Assembly: GCA_013265495.1 (NCBI GenBank)
Contig: MU058725.1
Coordinates: 62,001 to 95,587 of the forward strand
Length of the DNA stretch: 33,587 bases
Reading direction: 5' to 3'
DNA from: Vicugna vicugna
Taxonomy: Eukaryota
The stretch's first letter is position 1, and every line of letters starts with the position of its first letter. Position numbers and translations under genes: made by a program. The notes under the pieces are model-generated. The model was not told where the DNA came from, ran no database searches, and saw only the letters and a program-made list of their open reading frames with translations. This document shows positions 1-13,494 of this stretch, piece by piece.

Positions 1-190
1 GGCACTCAACTGTGTCATTATGTTTAATCTCACGTGGCCCCACAAGCTAGGCCCCATTTGACAGAAGAGGAAACTTCTGAGAGGCTGAGTAAGGTCTCCA
101 GGGCCTCACAGTGTGACCAAGGATAGCTTGCAGGGCTTCAACCCAGGAGCACTGACTCCGGACCCTGCCTTCTTAACTCCGACACTGTAC
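1..190 (-). mobile_element. MIR SINE
   Basis: Reverse-strand MIR core: ccccatttgacagaagaggaaact...gagaggctgagtaa...ttcaacccagg...tgactcc...cttaac. Confidence 0.75.
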
Positions 191-269
191 TGGTTGATTT
201 GGCCACAGGGAAGAAGGTGGTTCTGGGATCTGATTTTTTAAAACTTAAAAAAAATACATTAATTAAAAA

Positions 270-425
270 ATTTTTTAAAGATATTGTAAATTAACATACA
301 GTTGTAAGAAATGAAACAGAGAGATCCTAGGTCCCCTTTCATCAGTGGTAACATCTGGTACAACTAAAGTACACAGTCGTATTCGGGACATTGTTGTTGT
401 TATAATCCACCATCCTATTCAGGTT
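270..425 (-). mobile_element. Old L1 (L1MB/L1MC-like) 3' end fragment
   Basis: acagttgtaagaaatgaaacagagagatcc...gtggtaacatc...ggacattg resembles an antisense L1 3'UTR end, preceded by an A/T tract (230-280). Confidence 0.6.
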
Positions 426-1319
426 TGGGGGCGTCCTCTGAAGGTCGTTGAGGGGACAACAAGAAGGCGCAGCTCAAGGGGTGGCCCCCATCCTAGTGAT
501 GATGTCCCATCCCCTGGTGTTGGCTCCTGGCTGCTGGAAAGGGCGGACCTGACCCAGGTTGTGGCCCTGTCCTGCCAGCCCCATTCACGTGCCTGACACA
601 GCCCCTCTCCTGCCCCCTCCTGCAGTGCCCCCAAGCATCCTTGGAGAATAGCTGAATGTGTCCATCATGGCCATGAGTCAGTGGCCATGGAATTCCTGAG
701 GCACACATGCCCTCTCCTGTGCTGAGCTGGCAGAAGGACGGCCACCCCCCCGGAGCCTCAGCTGGGTGTCTGCCTGTCCACATCAAGGCCTTGCTGGAGG
801 TGTGTGGCCCATGAGGTCCCCACCTGCCCCGTCAGGCTGGCTCTCAAGCCCTGGGTTGGGGTGGAATGCTGTCTTGGATGGGTCCCCGAATACAGCCCTC
901 CTCCACCTCACCTTCTCCTGTGGGGTCCCTTTCTTATACCAGCTCAAATCTTCCTGCCCCCTCATCTTCTCTTTGCTTTTACTCAGTCCCTCCAGTGTTC
1001 CCCTCATGGGAGCCCTGCACCCTGACTGTGACTGAGGGGCACCCTGCCAGGCTGTCCTGAGAATGTCAGGGCATCCCCTTCAACAAGATCTCCTGGAGGA
1101 AGGATGGTAGGATGGCTGCCCCTGCCTAGCTCCACCCTTGCTGCCCCACACAAGGAGGAAGAACCCCTGCCCTCTCTGGGTGCCGCCCCAGACACTAGCT
1201 GAGATAGAGGTGGTGGGCTTACCAGGTCCTGGTAACAGAAATGAAGCTTCCTGAAGCCCCTCTTTGCTCAGTCCCTGAGTCTGCAGGCCCCCCATGCCCT
1301 TCTCAGCCAGTGAGAGCTA

Positions 1320-1550
1320 AATTCATCCTCATGCCTCTTCTTCCAGGAAGCCCTCCCAGACCTCAAATTCAGTCTGGGGCAGGGCCTCATTGATGCCACC
1401 CCTGTGTGTTAATTTGTCATGTCACCCACCCTAGTTCTTCAATGTTTGCACCTCCATGAGTCTGTGAGCCCCATGAGGCACTGTCTGGGAATTCAGCAAT
1501 GGCCAAGACATTGCCTGGTGCAAAATGGGTGATCAATAAATATGTGGAGT
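1320..1550 (+). mobile_element. L2 LINE 3' end
   Basis: ctgtgagccccatgaggc...gcctggtgcaaaatgggtgatcaataaatatgtgga resembles the L2 3' terminus; tail-to-tail with the minus-strand L2 that follows. Confidence 0.6.
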
Positions 1551-1661
1551 TCATTCATCTAACCAGCATTTATTGAGAACCTCTCCATGTGCGACTCCAT
1601 TCCAGGTTCTGTAAATAAAGCAATAGATTGAGGCAGTCAGATAATTAACAAAAAGTTAGTA

Positions 1662-2360
1662 CAGGCATAACCTCATCTATAATGTGCTTTGCTTTATTGA
1701 GTCTCACAGGTGTTATGTTTTTCCAAATTGAAGGTTTGTGGTAACCCTGCCTCCAGCCAGTCTGTTGGCACCATTTTTCCAGCAGCATTTGCTCACTTTG
1801 GGTCTCTGTCACATTTTGATAATTCTCACAATATTTATAACATTTTTGATATTATTATATGTTTTATGGTAATCTGTGACTATTGAAAAAAGATTATGTC
1901 TTGCTGAAGGCTCAGATGATGGTTAACATGTTTTTAGCAGTATAGCATTTGTTAATTGAGGTATGTACATTTAAAAAAATTCATTCGTTCAATGACTATT
2001 AAATTGAGGTTTGTTGCACATATGGTGAATAAATCTTCAGAATGTGGCTTGGTGAGTTTGGGGATTTTTTAGGGGGTAGTAATTAGGCTTATTTATTGAT
2101 TTATTTTTTAGTGGAGGTACTGGGGATTGAACCCAGGGCCTTGTGTATGCTAAGCACATGCTCAACCACTGAGTTATATACTGCCCCCCATTGTTTTTTA
2201 AACATAATGCTATTGAACACCTAATAGACTCCAGCATAGTGTAAACATAATTTTTATATGCACTGGGAAATAAAAAAATTCATGTGACTTGCTTTATTTC
2301 GATATTTGCTTTATTGTGGTGGCCTGGAACTGAACCTGCAGTATCTCCGAGGTATGCCTG
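1662..2360 (+). mobile_element. Internally deleted Tigger1 (TcMar-Tigger, Tigger1a-type non-autonomous DNA transposon)
   Basis: Terminal inverted repeats CAGGCATAACCTC / GAGGTATGCCTG; TA on both sides (1660-1661, 2361-2362); Tigger1 left arm (caaattgaaggtttgtggtaaccctgc) joined to right arm (aaaagatt...gctgaaggctcagatgat) with no transposase. Confidence 0.9.
2072..2188 (-). mobile_element. tRNA-derived SINE, Vic-1-like (camelid)
   Basis: Minus strand reads GGGGGCAGTATATAACTCAGTGG (A box)...GGGTTCAATCCCC (B box) AGTACCTCCA, then AAATAAATCAATAAATAAGCCTAATTAC tail; nested in Tigger1. Confidence 0.85.
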
Positions 2361-3504
2361 TAAATGACTTAATACCTGACGTGACAAGTGCTCTGGAGAA
2401 AAATAAAGCCAGGAAAGAGGAGAAGATGTGCTGGGGGCTGGGGAGGGGGTAGGATTCGCTATTTTAAGTTGAGTGGCCAGGGACATTTGAACAAGCAGAC
2501 CTGAAGAAGCTGAAGGATGAACATGGGCCTATTGTAGGGAAAAGCATTCCAGGCAGAGGTGATGGCAGGTGCAAAGGCCCAGGGGCAGGAATGAGGCAAG
2601 CATGTTTGAAGAACAGCAGAGAGGCCAGTGGGGCTGCAGCAGATTGACCAAGGGGTGGCATCAGGACATGGTCACTTCAGTGATGGGGGCTGGATCAAAG
2701 GCTGTTGTGAGGATCTCAGCTTTTACCTTGAGTGAGATGCGGCTACTGTGGGGCTCTGGAAAAGGGAAGGACACAATCCGACTTGTACTGCAGCAGGTTC
2801 CTGCCATCATGATGAGTATAGACCATTGGGAGCCAGGGTGGGAGCAGCGTGGCCAGGGAGGAGGCTCTTGCAGGGACTCCAGGCAAGAGATACTGATGCC
2901 TGTAGGTGGGTAGCCATGAGGTGTTGGGAAGGGTCCATAATCTGGATGAGTTTCAAAGGTGTTGCTGGCAGGGTTTCCTGGATGTGGGCTGAGAAGAAGG
3001 AGTTGGGAATGACTGGAGGTTCTAGCTTGAGTGTCAGGAGAGTGTTACTGTCATCACTGAGACAGAGAGGCTATGGGGGCAGGTTTGGGGGGCAGGTCCA
3101 GAGTTTGGGCCTTGTTAATTTTGAGATCTGCTAGACACCCAGTGTGTTGTTGGCTGGGCAGACGTAGGTGTCTGGAGCTCAGAGGAGAGGTCTGGATGAA
3201 GAATAAATCTAGATGCAGAAAGATCTGGAGATAACCAGGAGAGAGAGTGTGGACACATGGTAGACCGTAAGAGGGAGGAAGTATAATCCTGGGGCCACTG
3301 GGGCTCCTCCCCCTGCTGGAACATGTGTGGATGGATGGGCAGAGCCCAGAGGGCTGCTCCTCTGTAAACAGGTTCAGGATGACAGAAGTTAGTGTTTAAT
3401 CCAATGCCTTGGGGTGTACAAAATCCTTCCCTGCATTGGAGTCTCCTTGCTGCCAGGTGTGCCAGCTGCTTGGTCTCCCTCCCTTGGTCAGTGTAGCTAG
3501 ATGG

Positions 3505-3610
3505 ATGGGTCATTTATTCAGTAGCCTTCACTGAGTCCTATGATGTGCCAGGTCCTGGACAGCCTCTGACGATCCTGGGGAAATTGAGGCAGATCTGCCC
3601 TCCAGGACAG
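3505..3610 (-). mobile_element. L2 3' end fragment
   Basis: tcatttattcagtagccttcactgagtcctatgatgtgccagg. Confidence 0.5.
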
Positions 3611-3834
3611 CCCAGCCAAGGGCAGGATTCAGATGGCCACCTGCAGGGAGATCTGTGACTGCCTCACCATGACCTTGGCTGTTAGGGAGGGTGGGCTATG
3701 ATATACTGAGAATGGAGGAAATAACCTGGAAATCTCTCAAAAGAAATCCCTTAAGAACTCAAAAATCTCCATGCTACCATATTACCCAAATTACTTCTCA
3801 TGCAAACTATCTATTCATTAAGGGTCCATGACGG

Positions 3835-5060
<1,226 letters not shown>

Positions 5061-5989
5061 CTATAAGGATTTGCTGAGAAGACTACACACAGGCTAGAGG
5101 AAATGCACAAGCTATAGGAAATTATAGGAAAACATTTACTAAGAGGTGATATTTTATTGGACTTGTGTGAAATATTTTAAGTAGCATCTCAGTGGATATC
5201 AGATAGTAGTTACTAGAAAAATACTTTTAAGTGAGTGGAAGCTTTAAGTTAAACCTAAGTTTATCATACATCAGAGATGTTCAATTGCAATGTCTGGCAA
5301 TTTAGGAAATGTGGAGAATGTTTCCATTTTAGCACTTTGCTTTGTTATAATACAATCTGGACCATTGCCTGGTGTACTGTTCCTTTCAATTTAAGGTATT
5401 AGATGTGACCTGGAGCTGGCAGTTGTAAACAATTCAAAGATTTGTTGCTCAGGCATATGAGAAATAAGGAAAGGTTTTTGCAGAGGACCCACCAACAAGA
5501 AGACTTTCTAATGTCCAGGCAGAGAGAGAGATCCTGGTCTTGGTGACATATATAGGACAGGAGCCTGCCTGCAGGATTTTTATAATAATTCTGGAGCAGA
5601 CTAATTTTGAGTGGATTGTCTGGAAGTGGTGGATTGAAGGGGCAAGGTAGGTTGCCTTAAATGCAACTTACTAGCTGTAGCGGAAGTGGGTGAGTATAGA
5701 ACGTAGGTGGTTTCTGCCCTGCCAGTGTCTTACCAGTTTTGCCAGCTGTCATCCTGCTGTGAGTGACTTATTGTACCCAACGTTATTTCTCCACATACTT
5801 AACACTTCTCACATGAGATACAATGAATTTTTAAAAGCAAAACATTCATGTACAAACATATACATTGTCAATTAGGGAGCTTTAAAAAGCACAAATAGAT
5901 TCTACTACTCAATAGGCTATAGTAGCTTTCAGCAGATCAGTGCTCTCACTAAGTACAGCTAGAAAGGCAGTTCACAAAAATTATATTTA

Positions 5990-6480
5990 AATGCAACCTG
6001 TTGTTGCAAAAGCAGAGAGGGCTGGTATGCTAAAATTCAGGAGGGGAGTGAAGGACAGAAAGTAAATGGGAAAATGTAGCTGTTTTACCTGGGAGCACTT
6101 GCCAGTTCTGGCTATAGGGAGGAGCCTGAATACTGAGCTTGACTCAGGCAGAGGGTTATGAATTGGTGGCAGGGCAGGGGAGATGTAGGGTGCAGGGAGA
6201 CCAGAAACCAGAGACCAGCAGAACTCTGGCAGTCAAGGCTGGAGTGAAAATTTTTGAAACATGGGAGACTTCAAACCCATGGCCAGTTTCTCAGGATTTT
6301 CAGAAGACTGACACAGGGCAGGAATCTGAAAACCTAAGCTGAAAATCACAATTATTTTTTCTTCCATTACTGAGGGAAAAATGAATAGAGTTCAGGAACT
6401 GCCAGCAGGCTGGGCCCTTGGTGAGCACAGCATGCTCTCAGTGACAGCGCAGGGTCATACCAGAGGTAGACGATACTTTA
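5990..6480 (+). mobile_element. Probable old L1 5'-region fragment
   Basis: Purine-rich sequence directly preceding an L1 ORF2 fragment; only a weak resemblance. Confidence 0.3.
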
Positions 6481-6519
6481 CCAAAACTGCAAACAATTCC
6501 TGACTCATATTTAAAATAT

Positions 6520-6850
6520 CTCCCAGAAAGAAAACTCATAGGAACAGATGATTTCATTCCAGTTTTTCCAAATATTTAGAGAAACAGTACCAAGTTTTTA
6601 TAAGCTCTTCCAGAGAAAGAATGAGGGGGCTTTTCCTGTTCCTTTTATGAGGCTAGTACAACATTTATAGCAAAACCTATAAGATATTTCAGGAAAGTAA
6701 ATGTACATTCCACTATCTTATGAATTTAGATGCAAAATCCTGAAATGAAAAAAAAAAATTCCAGCCGTATCAGTGGATAACATATCTTGACTAAGTGGTA
6801 TTGATTAGAGGAATCAAAGGATGAATTTAATATATAAAATCACTTGATTT
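6520..6850 (+). mobile_element. L1 ORF2 (RT-proximal) fragment
   Basis: cagatgatttca...ctcttccaga...ttttatgaggctag...caaaacc...atgaatttagatgcaaaatcct, a degenerate FYEA...MNIDAKIL region. Confidence 0.75.
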
Positions 6851-6899
6851 GGCCTTCTATTCCCCTTCCTCTCAGATTCTGCCTTCTCCCTTGCAATCT

Positions 6900-8410
6900 G
6901 TACATTTCTCTCCTGCTTACCTGTCCTAGAGTGGGAGTCAGAACAGCCCTGACATGGGGGATGAGAAAGGTGTGGAGGTGATGTGCCTCCTTGCATCAGA
7001 AGTGCTGAGGGCAGATGGAAGACATGACCAGCAGGGCTGAGATGCTCATAACATTGAGCAGATAAATAAATGTACTGAGGGTGGTGAGAGCCAGGTTTTT
7101 CACTGTTGGAGACAGTACCTGTAAACACAGAAGGGGAAAGCTAGAAAACCACCTAAGGTGTTGGAATGGAATGTAATTCAGAATTTAAGCACACAAATCG
7201 AGTAGTGCTTGTGGTTGTGGTTTTGGATCTCGGTGCTGAGAGGGACTAAACGCAGTGACACCCCAATAGCATTGAGCACACCGGGTGCCACGTGGTTAAT
7301 TTTAAATACTATCCTCCCACGAATAAACGACCAGGTCCCTGAAGTGATGGATTATTGAAAGTCAGAGATGGGGAGAAATATAAGATGATCCTGAATCATC
7401 ATAGCTATTAGACAATAAAATGTCAAAGAATTATGGAGACATGTTAAAAGGACAAAAGAACCATCTTGTGCAGCTTCCAATGGCCAAGTCTGAGACAATT
7501 TGAACATCAAAACAAATGAACAGTGTCATAATGCAAGAGACAAAATAGGAATCCATTAATTTGTACTGATATAAATATGTGAATCCATAAACAAAAGAAA
7601 GCTTTATACAATGCCAGCTAATAAATGTAGGAGGAACAATGGCAATAGAAAAACACTATCTGGTAACCATCATACTGGTTGTTGATTCAGTACGTAGTTG
7701 ATGACACAGGCTAGAGTTTGTGGGTAGAGGTTTGATGGACAGGATGTTGGCATAATCTCCAAATATTTCCCCACAAAATACTAAAGCACAAAGGTGAAAA
7801 CGGTGACAACAACATAATCAGATGATCAAAGTTCACTTCACCAGTGGCAGAGCACATCAGTGTGTTGAACCCCTGATGAGATGCACTGAGAAAAGCCAGC
7901 ATCACTCATGCTGTATTCCTGCTAAGGACACATGGCCAGAGTGTGCTCACAAGGAAACATTAGATGAATTCACTTGAAAGGATCTTTTACAGAATGGAAA
8001 GTCTATGTTTAAATTGGCAAGAACATGCAAGGAAAAGACTTCCAGATTGAAGGAGGCTGAAGATACTTGACAAGAAAACAAAAAGGAAGAATAGAGCATT
8101 TGGCCTAATTCAGAGTGTGTGGGTACAATGATAGTGTCTATTTCCTGACTTGGTTCAGTAAGCAAGTGTTTATGTTTGTGGAAAATACACACTCCAATAT
8201 TTAGCAGAAATAGAGTCTCGTGTCTGCAGGTTATTTTCAAATGCTTTAGAGAAAGAGGAAAGTGTGTGAATGTAGCAGTAGGAGTGCGAGCAAGTGTGTG
8301 AGGGACCTGGAGGAAATGCAGTGCACAGTTGGGGAAATGTGAGTTTTCTGTACACCGCCTGTGACTTAAAGTCTGAAGTCATTTCGAAGTAAATACGTAA
8401 ACATTTAAGT
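6900..8410 (+). mobile_element. L1MC/L1MD-like 3'UTR, nested within the older L1 ORF2
   Basis: gagagccaggtttttcactgttggaga, gcagtgacaccccaatagcattgagcacac, gatcaaagttcacttcaccagt, gacttccagattgaaggaggct are typical L1MC-class 3'UTR segments. Confidence 0.7.
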
Positions 8411-8419
8411 TAATTGACG

Positions 8420-9405
8420 TAGCTAAAATATTAGTAGAAAAAGACAAGTGAAGCCTTGTTAGTATCTTAGTAGATGCAAAAAATATTTGAAAAAACTTCA
8501 CACACCTTCATGATTGAAAAAAAAAAACTAAACTAGGAATGAAAGGAAACTTCATTAAAAACAAAACTAACAAAATAATAATCATACTAAGATAAATACT
8601 GGACTGTTTCTTCCTGATATTAATAATGAGACAAGAAGGCTTGTTACTACCACTTCTATTCAATATTGGACTGAAAGCTCTAGATTGGTCAGATCAGTAA
8701 GGCCAAAAAAATTTTTAGAAAAGGTGTAAAAACTTTTAAGATTGAAATAAAACTCATTTTCAAGTGATATCATTGTATTCATCAAAAAGTCAAAAAATTC
8801 TATGGAAGAGATATTAGAAATAAATGAATTTAGCAAACTGACTATATAAAAATCATATTTTTGTGTATAACCAACAAATAGAAAAATTAAATGATACCAG
8901 GACAATTGTACCCTTTCTGGATCAGGTAACATGGGCCAGACTTACCCTCCCACCGGACAAAATTGTGTAAAAAAAAAATAAAAATAATTATTTTCAAGTC
9001 ACTGCATTGTGATGGTTACACAGGTATATTTGTTAAATTGTATCAAGTTGTACAAGTCAAATATGTGCATTTTAAATACTGTGTTACATTGCTGTTAAAT
9101 TTATAACAAGCCTAAAACAGTATCAGAAATCTAAAAGCTAAAAAAAAAAAAAAATCTAAAAACTGCATCACAATATTGAGAACTTAAAACACAAAAAGGA
9201 CTTTTGGTGACTTTGAAGTCTGGTTTCTTCCCAGATTGGTTGATTCAGTGCTTCCCTAATCATCATCCAACAGCTGGTTTTGTTGTTGGAAATTAGCAAG
9301 TCTGAATGTAAATAGTATATGCAGATTCAGTGACCACCAACAGCTATGTCAATCTGAAAATGGCAAAGTCAGTCTACAGGACTTAGAGGGCTAAATAACA
9401 AGACT
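8420..9405 (+). mobile_element. L1 ORF2 RT fragment (continuation), with small L1 5' and 3' pieces at ~8905-9100
   Basis: tagatgcaaaaaatatttga (DAEKAFD-like), gagacaagaaggc...ccacttctattcaatatt (RQGC..SPLLFNI-like), aataaatgaatttagcaa. Confidence 0.75.
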
Positions 9406-9409
9406 GTTA

Positions 9410-9776
9410 CAGGCACACCTCAGAATCATGTGGGCTTGGTATTGGACCACTGCAATAAAGTAAATATTGCAGTGAGGTGGGTCACAAATATTTTGGTTTC
9501 CCAGTCATATAAGAAGTTATATTTACACCATAGTCTATAAAGTGTGCCATAGTTTTATGTCTAAAAAAAGTACTTGCCTTAATTTAAAAAATACTCTATT
9601 TATAAAAAATGCTAACCATCATATGAGCATTCAGCAACTTGCAATCTTTTTGTAATGGTAACATCAGGGATCACTGATCACAAATTATCATAACAAGTGA
9701 AAAAGTAAGAAATATTATGAAATGTTGTGAGAATTACCAGAGTGTGACACAGACACATGAAGGGAGCAAATGCTAT
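9410..9776 (-). mobile_element. Second internally deleted Tigger1, truncated
   Basis: TA then CAGGCACACCTCAG; reverse complement of the Tigger1 right arm fused to the left arm (aatctttttg|taatggtaacatca...tgtgacacagacacatgaagggagca); second TIR missing. Confidence 0.85.
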
Positions 9777-10720
9777 TTTCTCCCAGACCCCATCCCCAAC
9801 CTGAACTCCTAGACCCACAGCCCTCCCAGTCCCCATCAGTCTTGTCCTCAGGAAGTCCCATCCCTTTCTTTGAGGTGGTTTGGTGCAGTTTAACCATTTG
9901 TCTAATTCTGGGCCCTGTGACAACAGCTCTTTCCTGACAGCCTACTTTATTTGCAAAATCCATGAGAGTCACACTTAATAGGCAAATTCCCAGGAACAAA
10001 AAGGTAACAGGAAAGATGGAGCTGAACTCCTTTTGGTGAGGACAGCCCTGGGGGAGGGCAAGACCTTGAGGCTGGGTGAGGAGGCCACAGAAATGGGGGT
10101 AGGTCAGGGAGGCTCATGGCTTCTCTCTGCCACCGCTTGGAGCTCATCTCATTGAGGTTTTCCAGCTAAAATCTGCAGGCACAAGATTCCCCATCTGGCC
10201 TGAAAAGGGCAGATCACCCAGGCCCGCCCGCATCCAGGAACTCTGCTCTGGGCACCAGGCTCATATCAGTGGGGTGGGGGATTCCCAGCTACACAGGGCC
10301 TGCCTGGTTGTGGCTTGCCCGTGGGTAAGGACAATTATGGACATGGGTAAGGGGCTGCTGTGCATACAGTTTATTAAGATGCACACAAAGCCTGCCCTGA
10401 TCCCACTGTGGAATGTGGATGGCGGGGCTACCGGCACATCTTGAGCACCACTACCAGCTGTCAGCCTCTCACCTCCCATCCCAACCCGTGTGTGGTCCCA
10501 AACTCATGCCCTGGACAGGGCTGTGGGGAAAAAACACTGCTCTGTAGAATACTTGAGTGTTAAAAGTACCAGAAGCCCCTCCCAATCCCCAGGCTGGGCA
10601 CATGGCAAGGACTGTGCCACCTTCTGTAGCACAGGGTTCACAGGCCTGGCTGGCAGTCCTGGGGACTCTCGCCACCTGCTCCTTCCCTGCCATTGCTCAG
10701 GCTGGTGAGAAGTCCTGCAG

Positions 10721-11360
10721 TGATGTTAAAACAGGCAGATAGCTGGATAAGAGCAGAGAAAGACACAGAACTAATGGCAGATTTGGGCAGAAAGGAGGGC
10801 CACAGGCCAAATGCAGGAAACCATACATCATATAAGCACCAGCGGTCCCTGGGCAGAGAAAGAAAAGCAGGAACCTCTGGGCTGATAAGTGGTCACAACT
10901 TTGGGGGTGATAAGCAACAAAGAAAGGTGGGGAAAGGCAGGAATTTCCAGTGTCCGAATGTAACCTTATGCACATTATGCCCTCATTTCAATAAAATTAG
11001 ACTTGCAGATTAGAAGAACTCACCACTGGCCAACACCATGACACTTCCCATCCAGACTAAATAAGGACAAAAATTCCTCCTCCATTTGAGGAGGTGGAGT
11101 TGGGATTAAAAAATCAAGGAATATAACCCCAGATCCTTCCCTTCCTAAATAATACACAAACCATTTATTTTTACACCCTGGGTAACCAACTTGCCAAAGA
11201 AACTCAGGGCAGCCCCTCAACTTAGCCTGTCCACTCTCCCCCTGGGAGTGTACTATCCATCCTTTAATAAATTCTCACTTGACTTTTTCAACCACAGTGT
11301 CTTGCCTCTGAATTCTTTCTGGGACAGGACAAGAAACTGGAACACCAGTTACATACATCA
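10721..11360 (+). mobile_element. ERV solo LTR (ERV1-like, 640 bp)
   Basis: Starts TGATGT and ends ACATCA (6-bp inverted termini); near-TSD GCAG/GCAA; AATAAA at 11266-11271 followed by a U5-like ctgaattctttct...acaagaa; no internal ERV sequence adjacent. Confidence 0.8.
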
Positions 11361-11399
11361 GCAACAGAATCTTGCAATATTTTTCCTTTCCAAAGTCTG

Positions 11400-11945
11400 G
11401 CATACTTAGCTTAGTGTAACTTCTTCAAGATTCATCCATGTTGTAGGAGGTATCAGAAATTAATTCCTAATTTTCCTTTTTACATTCCCATTATGTTAAT
11501 TTTTTTCTTTTTTTTTTAACACCTTTATTGTGGTAGATTCCTGAACAGTAAATGATGCTTATTTCATATGTACAATTTGATGAATTTTGACAGTTGTATA
11601 CAGCAATGACACCATCACCACAATCAAGAAAGATAACAATTCCATCACTCCCTAAGAGGAGCAAATTTAAATACCCAGCTTATACCTTCCCACCCACATT
11701 ACTCTCTGCTAACCCTAAGTTTAGAACAGAATTCCTTTTCAAGGTAGAATTATATTCTACTATGTGAATTCGCCACACATGATTCCCCCATTCATTGGCA
11801 GATGGATACGTGCTGCTTGCCCCCTTTAGGCTGTTGAGAATAATGCTACTGTGAACATGGACCCTGGTTACAGTTCTTTTGGAAATTAAGCTGTACAAGT
11901 GGAATTGCTGGATCAATTGGTAATCCTGTGTTTAATTTTGGAAGT
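11400..11945 (-). mobile_element. L1MB-like 3' end fragments (antisense, nested)
   Basis: caagattcatccatgttgtag, tgtacaatttgatgaattttgaca, gaataatgctactgtgaacat, agtggaattgctggatca. Confidence 0.75.
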
Positions 11946-12479
11946 CCTGCCCCTCCTCACTGCAGCTGAGGCTGTCAGAGGTTACAGGCTGGCATCCAGA
12001 AGCAGCATATCAGGCCTCTCTCCTCTCCAGTCCCTCTTACAAGGGTTCTGGTGTGCGAGCTTCCCCTGTGACTAAGGGGCCCATTGGAAGGGAAGACAAG
12101 GGAAGAGGAATATGAAGACACCTTGAGCAAATGAGGGTTTTTGTTAAAACTGATGTCAAACAATAAACTGGGAAGAGAACATTTAAACAGTTCTGAAAAA
12201 TACCTGCTAAATTGGACCAAGTATCCTGAGCTGGGAGAACATTAGAATAGGGCCTTGAGAGCAAAGTTCAATGCCATTAAACACAGTTAAATTTTTTTTT
12301 CATTTGTGGGAAATCAATTTGTTTTTTCCTTTTGACATTTTAGTCGAAATGAACACATTTTAAACTCAGTCACAGAAACCACTATGATCCTTGTAGCTTG
12401 TGGTTCATGCCATTTCTCACAAGGAACTGGAGGAGGCCCTGTGATGGAGAGAACTGAGGGGGCATGTTCTAACTCATGT

Positions 12480-12670
12480 CATGGCCCCAGAGGGCCCTTC
12501 AGAGGAGGTGACACTTGGGCGGAACTTTGTCAAAGTCAACCCAGAGGTAAGCTAGTGTAAGAGGTTCTCAGGAAGAAAGAAGTGCACACAAAGAGACCTG
12601 GAGGTGACAAATAGCTTGATGTGTTTGAAGAGCAGAAGTTATTTCATAGCAAATAGAGCATGATGATTAA
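12480..12670 (-). mobile_element. L2 fragment
   Basis: cttcagaggaggtgacacttgggc...caaagagacctggaggtgacaaatagcttgatgtgtttgaaga. Confidence 0.5.
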
Positions 12671-12879
12671 GGAGGTTGCATGACCTTTCAGTTTTGATCA
12701 TAGGCCCCCACTCCTTTCAATTCTTTACCAATTGCTCATAGGTTTGAAAATAAAGTTTAATTTCTGCACTCTTGAGACCAGTTCCATCCTGGACCTGACT
12801 TCCCTGGCCTCCCCCTCTGTCATGACAGTGCACACCCTTCCCGTCAGCCATGCTCACCCACATGCAGCCCCTGGACGTT

Positions 12880-13140
12880 GATGGTTCTTTTCTCCCCTCT
12901 GCCTTCCCTTCTGCCTGGAACACTGGCCTCCCTCTTCTCTACCTGCCTAATTCCCTTCCTGTGTTTGAAAACCCATGTCCTGCCACCTCTTCCAGGAAAA
13001 TTCCCAGGTTGAGGGGCTCACCCCCTCGGCACTTCTGCCATTCTCTCTGCAATGGTTAGTACTTTGTCTTTCTGTCTGAGTGACTGCACACTCTTTCAAG
13101 GCAGGAAGCAAGGCTCACTCCTCATGTTTGTGTCCCTGTG
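12880..13140 (+). mobile_element. L2 fragment
   Basis: ttcccttctgcctggaacact...cacctcttccaggaaaattccc...gactgcacactctttcaaggcagga. Confidence 0.5.
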
Positions 13141-13299
13141 TTGACCTGGTCAGAATTAATATCTCCGCTGATGTCTCCCAAACACTTTCTGCACCCCAGG
13201 TCCTCCCTCTTGGGCTTTACACCCACACATCTAACTGCCTAGTAGATATGTTCATGCAGTTGGCCCCCAGCAGTGGTCCTGGGGCCCCAGGTTCACAGC

Positions 13300-13494
13300 A
13301 CAATCACCTGGAGCTAGATCATGCTGCCTGAGAGTGACAATTGCTGTGTCTCTTCTCAACTCGGTGTGAAGTCAGATGAGTGGCTAGAAGTCAACTTTGG
13401 TGGGATGGTTCCCACCACTGAATTGGCAGCTACTAAAATCAGGGCTCCTCCCCTCTCCCCAGGAATGAGTTGTTAAACACTGTCCAGCACAGCC
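13300..13494 (+). mobile_element. MER63-like hAT-Blackjack non-autonomous DNA transposon
   Basis: tctcttctcaactc...tggtgggat...caccactgaattggcagctactaaaatcagggct...gttgttaaacactgtccagcac. Confidence 0.6.

Larger units (their letters stand above)
1550..3240 (-). mobile_element. L2 LINE (L2a-like), interrupted by Tigger1 at 1662-2360
   Basis: tcattcatctaaccagcatttattgagaacc at 1550; after the Tigger, typical antisense L2 motifs (agcattccaggcagagg...tgcaaaggccc, gtctggagctcagaggagaggtctgg). Confidence 0.75.

Noticed and set aside
2110..2188. tRNA gene
   Set aside because: A/B boxes are followed by a SINE-type A-rich tail and it is inserted in a transposon, so it is a tRNA-derived SINE
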